From the NCBI GenBank assembly GCA_946405185.1, contig CAMJGH010000002.1:5761-69760 (forward strand): a DNA stretch of 64,000 nt, given 5' to 3'. Position numbers and translations under genes: made by a program. This document shows, piece by piece, positions 54,729-64,000 of this stretch (the stretch's first letter is position 1; each line of letters starts with the position of its first letter). The DNA comes from an uncultured Lachnospiraceae bacterium. GTDB lineage: Bacteria; Bacillota; Clostridia; Lachnospirales; Lachnospiraceae. Below the pieces are notes generated by a model. The model had not been told where the DNA came from and did no database searches. It worked only from the letters and a program-made list of their open reading frames with translations.

Positions 54729-56344
54729 CTTTCCTCCTCTTTTGCGGCGGGCGCGAACCGCATGGCGATGCGTTCAGCCGCCTTGATGCCGTCGATGGCG
54801 GCCGAGGTAATGCCGCCTGCGTATCCGGCGCCTTCCCCGCAGGGGTACAGCCCGGCGATCCGGGTGGATTCCATGTCCTCCCCGCGCACGATGCGCACCG
54901 GGGAAGACGTGCGGGTCTCCACACCCGAGAACACCGCATCCGGCCGGTCAAACCCTTTGATGCGCCGTCCGAAATCCGGCATGGCCGACAGAATGGCCTG
55001 TGAGAACGGTTCCGGCAGCACCTGCCGGAGGTTGGCAAAGCCGGTCAGCCCGCCGGTATCCGGCAGCACCTCCCCGAAGGCTGTGGACAGCACGCCGCTT
55101 TCGAAATCCGCCAGCAGCTGCACCGGCACACGCCCGCCGGCAGCGGCATAGGCGGCGGCTTCCAGCTGCCGCTGCAGGGCCATGCCGGCAAACACGGGAT
55201 CCTCTCCCGCAAAGGCCTGCAGGTCACCATCCAGCACGGCCGCCACGATGGCTGCATTGGCGTTCCGTCCGGCCCGCGCGTGGTCGCTGCACCCGTTGAC
55301 CGCCAGCCGCTCCGGTTCCGAGGAAGCGTTGACCACCTGTCCGCCCGGGCACATGCAGAAGCTGTACACCCCGCGCCCGTCCGGAGCCCGGAAGGTCAGC
55401 TTGTAATCGGCCGCCGGAAACTCACCGCGCTCCCGGCCGTACTGCGAGACATCGATCATCGTCTGCGGATGTTCGATGCGCAGGCCCACCGCAAAGAGCT
55501 TGCGCTCCATCTCCAGGCCTTTCCCGCGCAGCATGGCAAAGGTGTCACGGGCCGAATGGCCAATGGCCAGCACCGCCGCCTCCGCAGGGATCCACTCATG
55601 ATCATTGATCTGCAGCGCTTCCAGCCGCCCGTCTTTTTCCCGGATATCCGTCACCCGCGCGCCGAAGCGGAACGAAGCGCCCATCTCCTCCAGGCGGTGG
55701 CGCATGAAGACGATCACCTTGCGCAGCTCATCCGTTCCGATGTGCGGTTTGGCCATGAAGCGGATCTCTTCCGGCGCGCCGCAGGAGGCAAACACCTCCA
55801 GCATCTTGCCGATGCGCCCCTCGCGGTCCTTGATGCCGCTGGTGAGCTTCCCATCCGAAAACGTACCGGCGCCGCCTTCCCCGAACTGCACGTTGCTCTC
55901 CGGGTTCAGTGCTCCGCCTGCCCAGAACGTCCGGACATCCGCCAGGCGGTCTTCGACCGGCTTGCCGCGCTCGAGGATCAGCGGGGCGTAACCGGTCTCC
56001 GCCAGGATCCAGGCCGCAAACAGGCCGCAGGGCCCCGCGCCCACGATGACGGGACGGTGCGCCAGCGGCTTCGTCCCTTCCGCACGGAACCGGTAGACCG
56101 GCTCCTCCTTCTGCGACAGATGCAGCCGGTCCGCCCGGCGCATCAGCGCCTTCTCCCCGGGCACTTCCACCCACACGGAGAAGACATAGCTGACGTCCGG
56201 CTTGTGGCGCGCATCCACGGAACGCTTGGCCACCTTTACCAGCCGGATATCCTCCGGGCGCTTTGAGAGACGCGAAGCGCAGGCCGCCAGAATGGCCGCC
56301 CGCGACGTATCGCTCCCGGTTTTCAATTCACTGACTAAGATCAT
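54725..56344 (-). CDS. FAD-dependent oxidoreductase (COG2509-like)
   Basis: Dinucleotide fold 'VIVGAGPCGLFAA' and C-terminal 'LYPCGEGAGYAGGI'. The start is placed at the Met after the upstream gene's stop. Confidence 0.7.
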   Translation of the reverse strand: MILVSELKTGSDTSRAAILAACASRLSKRPEDIRLVKVAKRSVDARHKPDVSYVFSVWVEVPGEKALMRRADRLHLSQKEEPVYRFRAEGTKPLAHRPVIVGAGPCGLFAAWILAETGYAPLILERGKPVEDRLADVRTFWAGGALNPESNVQFGEGGAGTFSDGKLTSGIKDREGRIGKMLEVFASCGAPEEIRFMAKPHIGTDELRKVIVFMRHRLEEMGASFRFGARVTDIREKDGRLEALQINDHEWIPAEAAVLAIGHSARDTFAMLRGKGLEMERKLFAVGLRIEHPQTMIDVSQYGRERGEFPAADYKLTFRAPDGRGVYSFCMCPGGQVVNASSEPERLAVNGCSDHARAGRNANAAIVAAVLDGDLQAFAGEDPVFAGMALQRQLEAAAYAAAGGRVPVQLLADFESGVLSTAFGEVLPDTGGLTGFANLRQVLPEPFSQAILSAMPDFGRRIKGFDRPDAVFSGVETRTSSPVRIVRGEDMESTRIAGLYPCGEGAGYAGGITSAAIDGIKAAERIAMRFAPAAKEEER

Positions 56345-56393
56345 ATCACACAGCCATTTCTGTCTGGTATCGTCTTGCAAAAAGCCGCCTGTT

Positions 56394-57629
56394 TCAGGCG
56401 CCGGCCGCGCGTCCGGCCAGAATGCCGCCGGCAAACGCCGCGTGCAGGTTGAACCCACCGCAAAGTCCGGTCACATCCAGCACCTCGCCCGCCAGATAAA
56501 GCCCGGAACAGCGCCGGCTTTCCATGGTCGCCGGGTCCACTTCTTCCACCGGTACCCCGCCGGCTGTCACCTGCGCGTGGGCAAAACCGCCCGTCCCGGT
56601 CAGCCGGAGGGTGAACGCCTTCCCGGTCTGCCACAGGCGTTCAAGCGCTGCCGCATCCGGAGGCGTCTGCCCATCGGAAGCTGCTCCCCGGCAGATCACC
56701 GGGATCAGCTTCGCCGGAAGCAGGCCCGTTAACAGTTCCGCCGCACTCCGTGACGGGAACTGCGCAGCCCGCCGGTAAAAGGCCTCTTCGGACAGTCCCT
56801 CCGGCCAGAAGGAAAGCACGGCCGACACAGCCGCCGGGTCACTTTCCAGTGCGCGGGCCGCCCGGGCACTCACCTGAAAGACCGGAATGCCGGAGATGCC
56901 GTTTTTCGTCAGCTGCAGCTCGCCGGCATCGGAAGCCGCAACGGTCTGCCCGTCTTCTTTCCAGGAAAGTTCCACGCGGCCGTTCACGCGTACGCCGTCC
57001 CACGCTTTGCAGAACGGCGCGGAAGACATCAGGTACGTGAGCGCCGGCACCGGCGCCATCACCGTATGGCCGAGGTGTTTGGCCAATGTATATCCACTCT
57101 CCGTCCCGCCCAGAGCCGGCCCGGCCGGCCCGCCGCAGGCGATGACCACCCGGTCCGCGGAAAACCCGCTGCCAAGGCTGTCACCGTTCAGAACAAACTT
57201 TCCGGAAGCCTCCCGACGGATGTCCGCCACGGCGCACCCGGCATGGACCGTCACGCCGTTCTCTTCCAGTGCCAGACGCAGCGCTTCCACCACCGTGGCC
57301 GCCTGATTGGTGGCCGGGTACACATAGCCGCTGCGGCAGACGGAAGCCACGCCAAGCCCCTCAAACCAGGCCCGCAGCTCATCCGGTGTCACGCGTCCGG
57401 CCAGTTCCCCGGCAAACGCCGCGCCGTCCGTGTAATCAGCCGCCGTGACGGTCGCATGGGTGAAGTTGCACCGCCCGTTGCCGGTAGCAGCCAGTTTCCG
57501 CCCGATGCGGTCATTCCGGTCAAAGAGATGCACCGAGGCGCCCGCGCGCGCGGCTTCCACGGCCGCCGCCATGCCGGCAGCGCCCGCTCCGATGACCGCG
57601 ATCACCTTTCGGGTTCCCTCTGAACGCAT
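56394..57629 (-). CDS. NAD(P)/FAD-dependent oxidoreductase, HI0933/BaiN-like family
   Basis: 'VIAVIGAGAAGMAAA' and C-terminal 'LYLAGEVLDVTGLCGGFNLHAAFAGG'. Confidence 0.75.
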   Translation of the reverse strand: MRSEGTRKVIAVIGAGAAGMAAAVEAARAGASVHLFDRNDRIGRKLAATGNGRCNFTHATVTAADYTDGAAFAGELAGRVTPDELRAWFEGLGVASVCRSGYVYPATNQAATVVEALRLALEENGVTVHAGCAVADIRREASGKFVLNGDSLGSGFSADRVVIACGGPAGPALGGTESGYTLAKHLGHTVMAPVPALTYLMSSAPFCKAWDGVRVNGRVELSWKEDGQTVAASDAGELQLTKNGISGIPVFQVSARAARALESDPAAVSAVLSFWPEGLSEEAFYRRAAQFPSRSAAELLTGLLPAKLIPVICRGAASDGQTPPDAAALERLWQTGKAFTLRLTGTGGFAHAQVTAGGVPVEEVDPATMESRRCSGLYLAGEVLDVTGLCGGFNLHAAFAGGILAGRAAGA

Positions 57630-57695
57630 CTCCCAGCCACTCCTCACTAACAGAAAGCAGCGCTTTCCGACAAGAAGAAAGCGCCGCAACGTTTC

Positions 57696-59348
57696 TTACT
57701 GCAAAAGTCCCAGTTTTCTGGCCAGACGGGCGATCCGCCCGCCCATCGGGAAATCGGCCAGTTCGCGCTCGGTCACCGCGCCGGACAGCAGCAGCGCCGC
57801 CGCATAGACCGCCACACCGGCCAGCACGCCGATCAGCACCGTCACCGCGTTGCTGTGGAACAGCGACGTCAGCAGCAGCTTTAACGCAAAGACCACGATG
57901 CCCATGATCACTGCGCACAGCCCCGGCAGGATCAGGATCTTCATCAGATCCGGGCGGGCGATGTGCTCCCGCAGGATGGTCATGCCGTTCAGCAGGCTCA
58001 TGCACAGGGCAAACAGCGCGTAGCTGATGATCACGGCTTCAATGCCCATATGCATGCCCCACAGCAGCACCGCCATGACACCGGTGTGGATGGCCAGCGA
58101 GATCAGCGCGTGGATGACCGGCACCCGCAGCCGCCCCACCCCCTGCAGGATGGCGTTCATCACCGTGGACAGCGACATGAAGATGATGGACACTGCCCCG
58201 AGGTGCAGGAACGCGGCCGCGTCCGCCGTCTCCCCGGAACGGGAGAACAGCAGCGCCATGACGGGTGAAGCCAGCACCGCCAGGCCCACCGCCGACGGCA
58301 CGGCGATCAGCATGGCAAACTGCAGCGCCAGGCCCACGCGCGCCGAAACGGCTTTCTGGTCACCCTTCGTGTGGGCCGCCGTAACGGACGGCATGAGCGA
58401 TACGGCGATGGCCGAGGAAAACGACACCGGCACGTGGATGAGCGTCAGCACCATGCCGCTGTACGCGCCCCACACGGATTCATACGTGTCCGCCGCTTCC
58501 GTGCGGGTGATGTAATTGCCGAACACCGCATTATCCACCAGGTCGATGATGTTGTACGAGGCGGTGCTGGCGATGATGGGCAGGACCGTGAGTGCCAGCG
58601 CCGTCAGGATCTCCTGTGTGTCCTCACGGTGCTTCGTGCGGTCTTTTTTGAGCAGTTTCACAAACTGCGGCCGGAAGGCCGTATACAGCATGAGCACAAA
58701 GATGAGGGCCGTTAAAGCGCCCATCGTGGTGCCCAGTGTCCCGCCGGCTGCTCCCAGGGAATGCGCCCGTTCGGCACTCCCCGCTCCGCCGGCCGTACCC
58801 ATCCCCACACGGAACAGATACCACGCGGCCGCCACGCTGACGACGGCATTGACGATCTGCTCGGCCAGCTGGCTTACCGCCGTGGGGAGCATGGTCCGCA
58901 GGCCCTGGAAGAACCCGCGCAGCACCCCGAGAAACGCCATGACAAACACCGCGGGAGCCAGCACGCGCAGGGCCGGCGCCGCCGCAGGCATCCGCAGGAT
59001 GCGGCCCGCAAAGAAACCTGCCCCCGCGAAGGTGATCAGCCCGAAGACCGTGCCGATGACTGCGGCCGCCAGAAACGCCGTCCGCATCAGGCGGCAGGCG
59101 TTGCGGTATTCCTTCAGCGCCATGCGCTGCGAGATCATGCGGGAAATGGCCGCCGGCATACTGTACGAAGAGATCAGCAGCATCACGTTGTACACCTGGA
59201 AGGCCCCCGAATAGTAGGCCATGCCCTCGCGGCCGATGATGTTGACCATCGGGATGCGGTATAACAGCCCGATGATGCGCACCACAATGGCCGTAATCGC
59301 CAGGATGCTTCCGTGTAAGAGAAAACTGCTGTTTGATTTCTTCGCCAT
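57696..59348 (-). CDS. MOP-superfamily flippase (MurJ/SpoVB-type polysaccharide/lipid II exporter)
   Basis: About 14 TMs. The N-terminus 'GSILAITAIVVRIIGLLYRIPMVNIIGREGMAYYSGAFQVYNVML' is typical of the SpoVB/MurJ family. Confidence 0.75.
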   Translation of the reverse strand: MAKKSNSSFLLHGSILAITAIVVRIIGLLYRIPMVNIIGREGMAYYSGAFQVYNVMLLISSYSMPAAISRMISQRMALKEYRNACRLMRTAFLAAAVIGTVFGLITFAGAGFFAGRILRMPAAAPALRVLAPAVFVMAFLGVLRGFFQGLRTMLPTAVSQLAEQIVNAVVSVAAAWYLFRVGMGTAGGAGSAERAHSLGAAGGTLGTTMGALTALIFVLMLYTAFRPQFVKLLKKDRTKHREDTQEILTALALTVLPIIASTASYNIIDLVDNAVFGNYITRTEAADTYESVWGAYSGMVLTLIHVPVSFSSAIAVSLMPSVTAAHTKGDQKAVSARVGLALQFAMLIAVPSAVGLAVLASPVMALLFSRSGETADAAAFLHLGAVSIIFMSLSTVMNAILQGVGRLRVPVIHALISLAIHTGVMAVLLWGMHMGIEAVIISYALFALCMSLLNGMTILREHIARPDLMKILILPGLCAVIMGIVVFALKLLLTSLFHSNAVTVLIGVLAGVAVYAAALLLSGAVTERELADFPMGGRIARLARKLGLLQ

Positions 59349-59371
59349 CGATGATCACATCTTCCTGTCAG

Positions 59372-60574
59372 TTATTCAGCGCGCAGCTCGATCGAACCCT
59401 CTCTCGACTTCATGACGATGCACACCCAGGTCTTGCCGGGGTTCATCTCGATCTCGGTGCCGTCCAGATAATAGTAATGCGTGATCCCCCACTCCCAGTC
59501 TTTCTCCCAGTGGATGGGCACGGCCACACCGTTGGTGCAGTAATATCCGGTGCCGTTCTTGTCCATGACATCAAAGTACAGATACGGAGAACCGCCGATG
59601 TGCTCGCACGGCTGGGCCAGGATCAGGATGTTCTTGACCGCCAGCTGGTCACCGCTCTCGGTCACATGCGGGCCGCCGTACTGGAAGCGCTTGTACTGTC
59701 CCGAAGCCTCATCGTACGTAAACCACGGCTCATTGATGGGATACCCCGGCACCACCGTTTTGGCCGGAACGGCATCCGCGCGCTCCGACAGCTGCGTGCC
59801 GCCTTCCTTGTGATTGAAATGGAACGTACCGTTGTACGGATAGCTGCCGTCCCAGTAGGACATCCAAGGGTTGTAGCCCATGTACTCCATGCCCTTCTGG
59901 ACGCCGGACGCACTGGCATAGGCATTGTGCGGGCTCGGACGGTCCGTGGTGCGGTAATAGACCAGACCGCCTTCCTTGCCGAGGCCGTTCAGGTTGTCAC
60001 AGAACACGGTATCCAGATACATCTGGGCGTGAATGGCCTGCCCAAAGTGGCAGAAAATGGCCCTGAACTCCGCCTGATAGTAGACGAAATACGTGCGCGC
60101 GCTGCGCATGGAGCCGATCTTTTCCAGACCGGTGATGTTCTCGAAGATACCCATCAGGCGGTTGATGCCGCCCTCGCAGGGCGCTTCGTAAATGACGCCG
60201 GCTTTTTCCAGACCGCTCTGCGGCACAGCCGCCTTGACGTTGTTGAGCATGAAGGCGTACGGGCGCATCTCGGTGACGAGTTTATCAACCACTTCGCCTG
60301 TCAGCCAGGAAAACGCTTCATCCTCCGCCAGGCCATAATCCTCCTCGGTCTCCGTCTCGGTTTCCGTTTCGGTTTCCGTCTCGGTCTCCGACTCGGTCTC
60401 GGTCTCCGTCTCAGACATCGTCTGGGTCTCGGTTTCCGATTCCGTCACTTTGGTGATCTGTTCCGTTGCCTCTTCGGTGCTTTCAGGAGCCTTCTTCTTG
60501 CAGCCCGCCAGTGAAAAGACCATGACCATGGCCAGCATCAGGGCCGCCAGTCTGAACAACGTGTTTTGCTTCAT
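59372..60574 (-). CDS. DUF3048-family (YerB-like) lipoprotein with (Thr-Glu)n linker
   Basis: Lipobox 'FSLAGC'. 'TESETETQTMSETETETESETETETETETETETEED' linker. Core 'GVIYEAPCEGGINRLMGIF' and 'SMRSARTYF'. Confidence 0.8.
   Translation of the reverse strand: MKQNTLFRLAALMLAMVMVFSLAGCKKKAPESTEEATEQITKVTESETETQTMSETETETESETETETETETETETEEDYGLAEDEAFSWLTGEVVDKLVTEMRPYAFMLNNVKAAVPQSGLEKAGVIYEAPCEGGINRLMGIFENITGLEKIGSMRSARTYFVYYQAEFRAIFCHFGQAIHAQMYLDTVFCDNLNGLGKEGGLVYYRTTDRPSPHNAYASASGVQKGMEYMGYNPWMSYWDGSYPYNGTFHFNHKEGGTQLSERADAVPAKTVVPGYPINEPWFTYDEASGQYKRFQYGGPHVTESGDQLAVKNILILAQPCEHIGGSPYLYFDVMDKNGTGYYCTNGVAVPIHWEKDWEWGITHYYYLDGTEIEMNPGKTWVCIVMKSREGSIELRAE
60344..60446 (-). repeat. Imperfect hexanucleotide (GAGACS/GAAACS)n coding repeat
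   Basis: The plus strand shows 'ctcggtctccgtctcggtttccgtttcggtttccgtctcggtctccgactcggtctcggtctccgtctc...'. This encodes the TE/SE run of the DUF3048 protein. Confidence 0.85.
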
Positions 60575-60595
60575 GTTTTATCCCCCATTCCCCGG

Positions 60596-61099
60596 TCAAG
60601 CCGGATCCCTTGTGATACCAAGTGCCTGCAGGATCTCCTCCTGCCGCCGCTCCATGTCCTGCCGTTCCCCGTCCTCCATGTGGTCATACCCCAGCAGATG
60701 GAGGCAGCTGTGTGCCACCAGGAACGCCACTTCGCGCTGCAGCGAGTGCCCGTAGGCCTTCGCCTGTGCGGCGGCGTGCTCGGTGGAGATGACGATATCC
60801 CCCAGCAGCAGTTCCCCCGTGTCCGGGTGGAAGCAGTCATAGTCTTCTTCCAGGCGGTCGTAGTCCGCCGGCGCATCCCACTCGATCATGGGAAAGGACA
60901 GCACGTCCGTAGCAGCGTCGATGCCGCGGTTCTCGCGGTTCATCTCGTGAATGCCGGCATCGTCCGTGAACAGCACGGACACGTCGCACTCGTAGGGGCA
61001 CTCTTCGTAGTCCACAGCCCCTTCGACCACCCGGCGCACCAGCGCTTCGTACGCTTCTTTATCGGGAAGATCCGCTTCCCAGTCGATGGTTACGGTCAT
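60596..61099 (-). CDS. ybeY: rRNA maturation endoribonuclease YbeY
   Basis: Zinc motif 'HSCLHLLGYDH'. Conserved phoH-ybeY pairing. Confidence 0.93.
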   Translation of the reverse strand: MTVTIDWEADLPDKEAYEALVRRVVEGAVDYEECPYECDVSVLFTDDAGIHEMNRENRGIDAATDVLSFPMIEWDAPADYDRLEEDYDCFHPDTGELLLGDIVISTEHAAAQAKAYGHSLQREVAFLVAHSCLHLLGYDHMEDGERQDMERRQEEILQALGITRDPA

Positions 61100-62133
61100 A
61101 CCTGACGCCTCCTGGAAGGATCATAACGGCGCTCCTGCGGACGCTGCGGGCGGGCATCCGGCGGCCGGTGGGAGGCCTGACGCGCTTCGTACGCCTCGTA
61201 GGCTTCCACGATGCGCTGCACCAGCGGATGGCGCACCACGTCTTTGTTGGTCAGCGTGACGGTCCTGATGCCTTCCACATCCCGCAGCACGCGCAGCGCC
61301 ACGTCAAGCCCCGACAATTGTCCTGCGGGCAGGTCCTTCTGCGTCTGGTCACCGGTGATGATCACCTTGCTGCCGAAGCCGATGCGGGTGAGGAACATCT
61401 TCATCTGGGCGGGCGTGGTGTTCTGCGCCTCATCCAGGATGATGAACGCGTTGTCCAGCGTCCGGCCGCGCATGTAGGCGAGCGGCGCCACTTCAATGAG
61501 TCCTTTTTCGGAGTTGTGCTGGAAACTGTCCGCGCCCATGATCTGGTAGAGCGCGTCGTACAGCGGCCGCAGGTACGGATCGATCTTCTGCTGCAGGTCA
61601 CCCGGCAGGAAGCCCAGGTTCTCACCGGCTTCAATGGCCGGGCGCGTGAGGATGATGCGGCTCACCTCGCCGTCCTTGAACGCCTGAATGGCCATGGCCA
61701 TGCCCAGATACGTCTTGCCGGTGCCGGCAGGCCCCACGCCGAAGACGATCATGTTCTCGCGGATGGCTTTGATGTAGTCCATCTGGCCCAGCGTCTTGGG
61801 TTTGACAGGCCGCCCGGAAATGGTGCGGCAGATGATGTCCTTGTCCATCTCCAGCACGGCGTCTTCCGCGCCTTCCATGGACAGCGCCAGCGCATAGTCC
61901 ACATTCTGCTCCGTGATCTCGTTGCCGCGCTGCGACAGCTCGATCAGGTTCGTCAGGACGCGCTTCGCCCGGCCGGCTGCCACCTCGGTGCCGATGATCT
62001 TAAGGGAATCATCGCGTGAGATCAATGACACATGCAGTGTCCGCTCCACTTTCTTGAGGTGCTCATCCAGCCTGCCGAAGACGTTGGCCTGATGTTCGGT
62101 TGGTATATTGACAATGGATTCGATCGCGCTCAA
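61096..62133 (-). CDS. phoH: PhoH-family ATPase (basic C-terminal tail)
   Basis: Walker A 'GPAGTGKTYLGMA' and 'ILDEAQN'. TTG start (MSAIESIV...) is preceded by GGAG. The 450-aa upstream extension has no support. Confidence 0.85.
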   Translation of the reverse strand: MSAIESIVNIPTEHQANVFGRLDEHLKKVERTLHVSLISRDDSLKIIGTEVAAGRAKRVLTNLIELSQRGNEITEQNVDYALALSMEGAEDAVLEMDKDIICRTISGRPVKPKTLGQMDYIKAIRENMIVFGVGPAGTGKTYLGMAMAIQAFKDGEVSRIILTRPAIEAGENLGFLPGDLQQKIDPYLRPLYDALYQIMGADSFQHNSEKGLIEVAPLAYMRGRTLDNAFIILDEAQNTTPAQMKMFLTRIGFGSKVIITGDQTQKDLPAGQLSGLDVALRVLRDVEGIRTVTLTNKDVVRHPLVQRIVEAYEAYEARQASHRPPDARPQRPQERRYDPSRRRQV

Positions 62134-62240
62134 TCCGTTTCTCCATTCCTGTTTCACAAGGGATGCCGGCCGCCCGTAAGGGGCCTTCGCATACAGGGAA
62201 AAGTATAGCATTTTTGTGGATGAGAGTAAAGCGACATCTC

Positions 62241-62268
62241 TTGCATTTTCCGTCCGCTCTGCTATACT
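62241..62268 (+). promoter_or_regulatory. Putative sigma-A promoter of the DUF1858 gene
   Basis: TTGCAT, 16-nt spacer, TATACT. Confidence 0.45.
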
Positions 62269-62301
62269 GAGACGCGAAGGCTTTTGAAAGGAGTTCTCAA
62301 A

Positions 62302-62514
62302 ATGGCACAGATTACGAAAGATATGACCATGGGCGAGATGCTCATGGTGGATGAAGGCATCGCATACATCCTCATGCAGTGCGGCATGCACTGCATCGGC
62401 TGCCCGTCTTCCATCGGGGAGACTCTGGAGCAGGCCTGCCTGGTGCACGGTCTTGACGCCGATGCCGTCATGGACTACATCAACGAGTACCTGGGGCAGA
62501 AGGACGAGGCGTAA
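62302..62514 (+). CDS. DUF1858 / hybrid-cluster-protein-associated redox disulfide domain protein
   Basis: 'ITKDMTMGEML...GMHCIGCPSSIGETLEQACLVHGLD' with its CxxC. ATG follows 'GAAAGGAG'. Confidence 0.75.
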   Translation: MAQITKDMTMGEMLMVDEGIAYILMQCGMHCIGCPSSIGETLEQACLVHGLDADAVMDYINEYLGQKDEA

Positions 62515-62543
62515 AAAGCGCTTCCGGCGTCCATGAAAACAGC

Positions 62544-62586
62544 AGGCACGCGGTTCTTTAACAGATCCGTGTGCCTGTTTTTTTTG
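62544..62586 (+). terminator. Rho-independent terminator
   Basis: 'CAGGCACGCGG...CCGTGTGCCTG' followed by a T9 run. Confidence 0.85.
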
Positions 62587-62640
62587 CCATTACCCGCAAA
62601 AAAACCGGCTGAGCATCTGCCCAGCCGGCCTCTTTTTGAT

Positions 62641-62817
62641 TTAGTTGTATTTGCGCTTTCTGGCAGCCTCGCTCTTTTTCTTTCTCTTCACGCTCGGCTT
62701 CTCATAGTGCTCGCGCTTGCGGATCTCCTGCTGGATACCGGCCTTGGCGCAGTTCCTCTTGAACCGGCGAAGGGCGCTGTCCAGGCTCTCGTTCTCCTTG
62801 ACAATGACACTTGACAT
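62641..62817 (-). CDS. rpsU: 30S ribosomal protein S21 (58 aa; below the ORF-track size cutoff)
   Basis: My own translation of the minus strand gives '[58 protein letters not shown]'. GGAGGG RBS lies upstream. Confidence 0.9.
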   Translation of the reverse strand: MSSVIVKENESLDSALRRFKRNCAKAGIQQEIRKREHYEKPSVKRKKKSEAARKRKYN

Positions 62818-62867
62818 TCTGTTTTCACCCCCTCCGGATTATCGTCGCGCTTTGCGCGCGCCAAATC

Positions 62868-62895
62868 ATTATAGCACAACCGCCTGCGGCGTCAA
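62868..62895 (-). promoter_or_regulatory. Strong sigma-A promoter of rpsU
   Basis: Minus strand reads TTGACG (62895-62890), a 16-nt spacer ending in TGC, then TATAAT (62873-62868). Confidence 0.65.
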
Positions 62896-62905
62896 GCGGA
62901 TTTTA

Positions 62906-64000
62906 TCACGCCTTCAGCTGCTCCGCGGCGCATTCCTGCGCTTTCTTCAGCGCGTCCGCCACGCCTGCCGGGTTCTTGCCGCCGGCCTGGGCCATGTTCG
63001 GACGTCCGCCGCCGCCACCGCCGACCATCGGCGCGATGGCCTTGATCAGATTGCCGGCATGGGCACCCTTCTTCACGGCGCCATCGGTTGCGGACACCAC
63101 CAGGTTCACCTTGCCGTCGGCCACGGAAGCGGCCACCACCAGGCTCTCGCCCAGCTTGTCCTTCAGCTGGTCGGCCAGCGTGCGCAGGCCGTTCATATCC
63201 TGGTCAGGCACGGAGACGGTCAGCACCTTCACGCCGTTCATCTCCACGGCGCTTTCGGCGGCGTCGCCCACGGCACCGGAAGCCAGTTTGCTCTTCAGGC
63301 TTTCGTTCTCGGCATTCAGGGCCTTGATCTCTTCCTGCAGGCCGGCCACGCGCTTCATCAGCTCGGCCGGTGTGGTCTTCAGCTTGCCGCACACGGCAGC
63401 CAGTTCCTCTTCCACGCCGCGGTAGTAAGCGGACAGGCCGTCAGCCGTCAGCGCCTCGATACGGCGCACACCGGCCGCGATGCCGGACTCGGACAGGATC
63501 CTGAAGCTGCGGATCTTGCCGGTATCCTTCACGTGCGTACCGCCGCACAGTTCGATGGAGAAGTCGCCCATGCGCACCACGCGCACTTCATCGCCGTACT
63601 TCTCGCCGAACAGCGCCATGGCGCCGGTCTTGCGGGCCTCATCCAGGCTCATGATATCCGTGACAACGGGCAGATCTTCTTCGATCTTCGCGTTGACGAT
63701 GTCTTCCACCTTCGCGATCTCTTCGGCCGTCATCGGCGAGAAATGCGTGAAGTCAAAGCGCAGACGCTCGCCGTCCACGTAGGAGCCCTTCTGCTCCACG
63801 TGCGTGCCCAGCACTTCGCGCAGGGCCTTCTGCAGCAGGTGGGTGGCGGAGTGGTTTTTGGCCGTGGCGGAACGGTTCTTTTCGTCCACCTTCAGGGTGA
63901 CGGTCTCACCCACGGTGAACATGCCGCGGGTCATCACGCCCACATGGCCTACTTTGCCGCCCAGCAGATGGATGGTATCCGTCACGGTAAAGCTGCCCTT
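62906..64000 (-). CDS. alaS: Alanine--tRNA ligase, C-terminal part (5' end beyond window)
   Basis: Editing-domain 'HSATHLLQKALREVLG', coiled-coil linker, and C-terminal DHHA1 'GGGGGRPNMAQAGG'. The frame is open to nt 64000. Confidence 0.93.
   Translation of the reverse strand, partial: KGSFTVTDTIHLLGGKVGHVGVMTRGMFTVGETVTLKVDEKNRSATAKNHSATHLLQKALREVLGTHVEQKGSYVDGERLRFDFTHFSPMTAEEIAKVEDIVNAKIEEDLPVVTDIMSLDEARKTGAMALFGEKYGDEVRVVRMGDFSIELCGGTHVKDTGKIRSFRILSESGIAAGVRRIEALTADGLSAYYRGVEEELAAVCGKLKTTPAELMKRVAGLQEEIKALNAENESLKSKLASGAVGDAAESAVEMNGVKVLTVSVPDQDMNGLRTLADQLKDKLGESLVVAASVADGKVNLVVSATDGAVKKGAHAGNLIKAIAPMVGGGGGGRPNMAQAGGKNPAGVADALKKAQECAAEQLKA

Overview
GC-rich (about 60% by eye, not computed) chromosomal window from a Firmicutes/Clostridia-type genome; the gene order looks Lachnospiraceae/Oscillospiraceae-like. 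It has three parts. (1) 1-22.9 kb is mostly plus-strand housekeeping: ftsK (5' partial), murF, priA, def, fmt, rsmB, rlmN, a PP2C phosphatase, a PASTA Ser/Thr kinase, rsgA, rpe, an ECF-S-like membrane protein, maf, a parvulin-like lipoprotein, glpK and a Spo0A_C-like small protein. This is followed by a divergent lexA / yneA-like SOS cassette with several Cheo (LexA) boxes, a DUF1461/Lit-like membrane protein and a MATE exporter. (2) About 22.9-33.8 kb is an accessory block with patchier composition. It holds an orphan tyrosine recombinase, a membrane-anchored mosaic collagen-like (G-X-Y) surface protein, a triple-repeat lipoprotein, an XRE regulator, a two-CAP-domain lipoprotein and a polytopic membrane protein. 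It also holds an ECF sigma factor fused in one polypeptide to a TM segment and an extracytoplasmic His/Trp/Cys short-repeat domain, plus a second membrane/lipoprotein carrying a module-swapped paralogue of that ectodomain. Four same-strand copies of TATAACC-N17-GTCT precede the four transcription units of this block. I read this as the candidate regulon of the fused sigma factor, and it is my top candidate for an undescribed system. (3) 33.8-64 kb is an almost continuous minus-strand housekeeping run: lgt, cmk-like, rluD, lspA, sepF, HlyD-like, a small Walker-A protein, mgsA, rodA, PBP2, mreD, mreC, radC, ynbB-like, miaA, mutL, mutS, miaB, two FAD oxidoreductases, a MOP flippase, a DUF3048 lipoprotein, ybeY and phoH. 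It ends with a plus-strand DUF1858 gene, rpsU (absent from the ORF track) and alaS (its 5' end lies beyond the window). I recognised no rRNA, tRNA, CRISPR array or transposase. Many long ORFs antisense to real genes are GC-driven artefacts.
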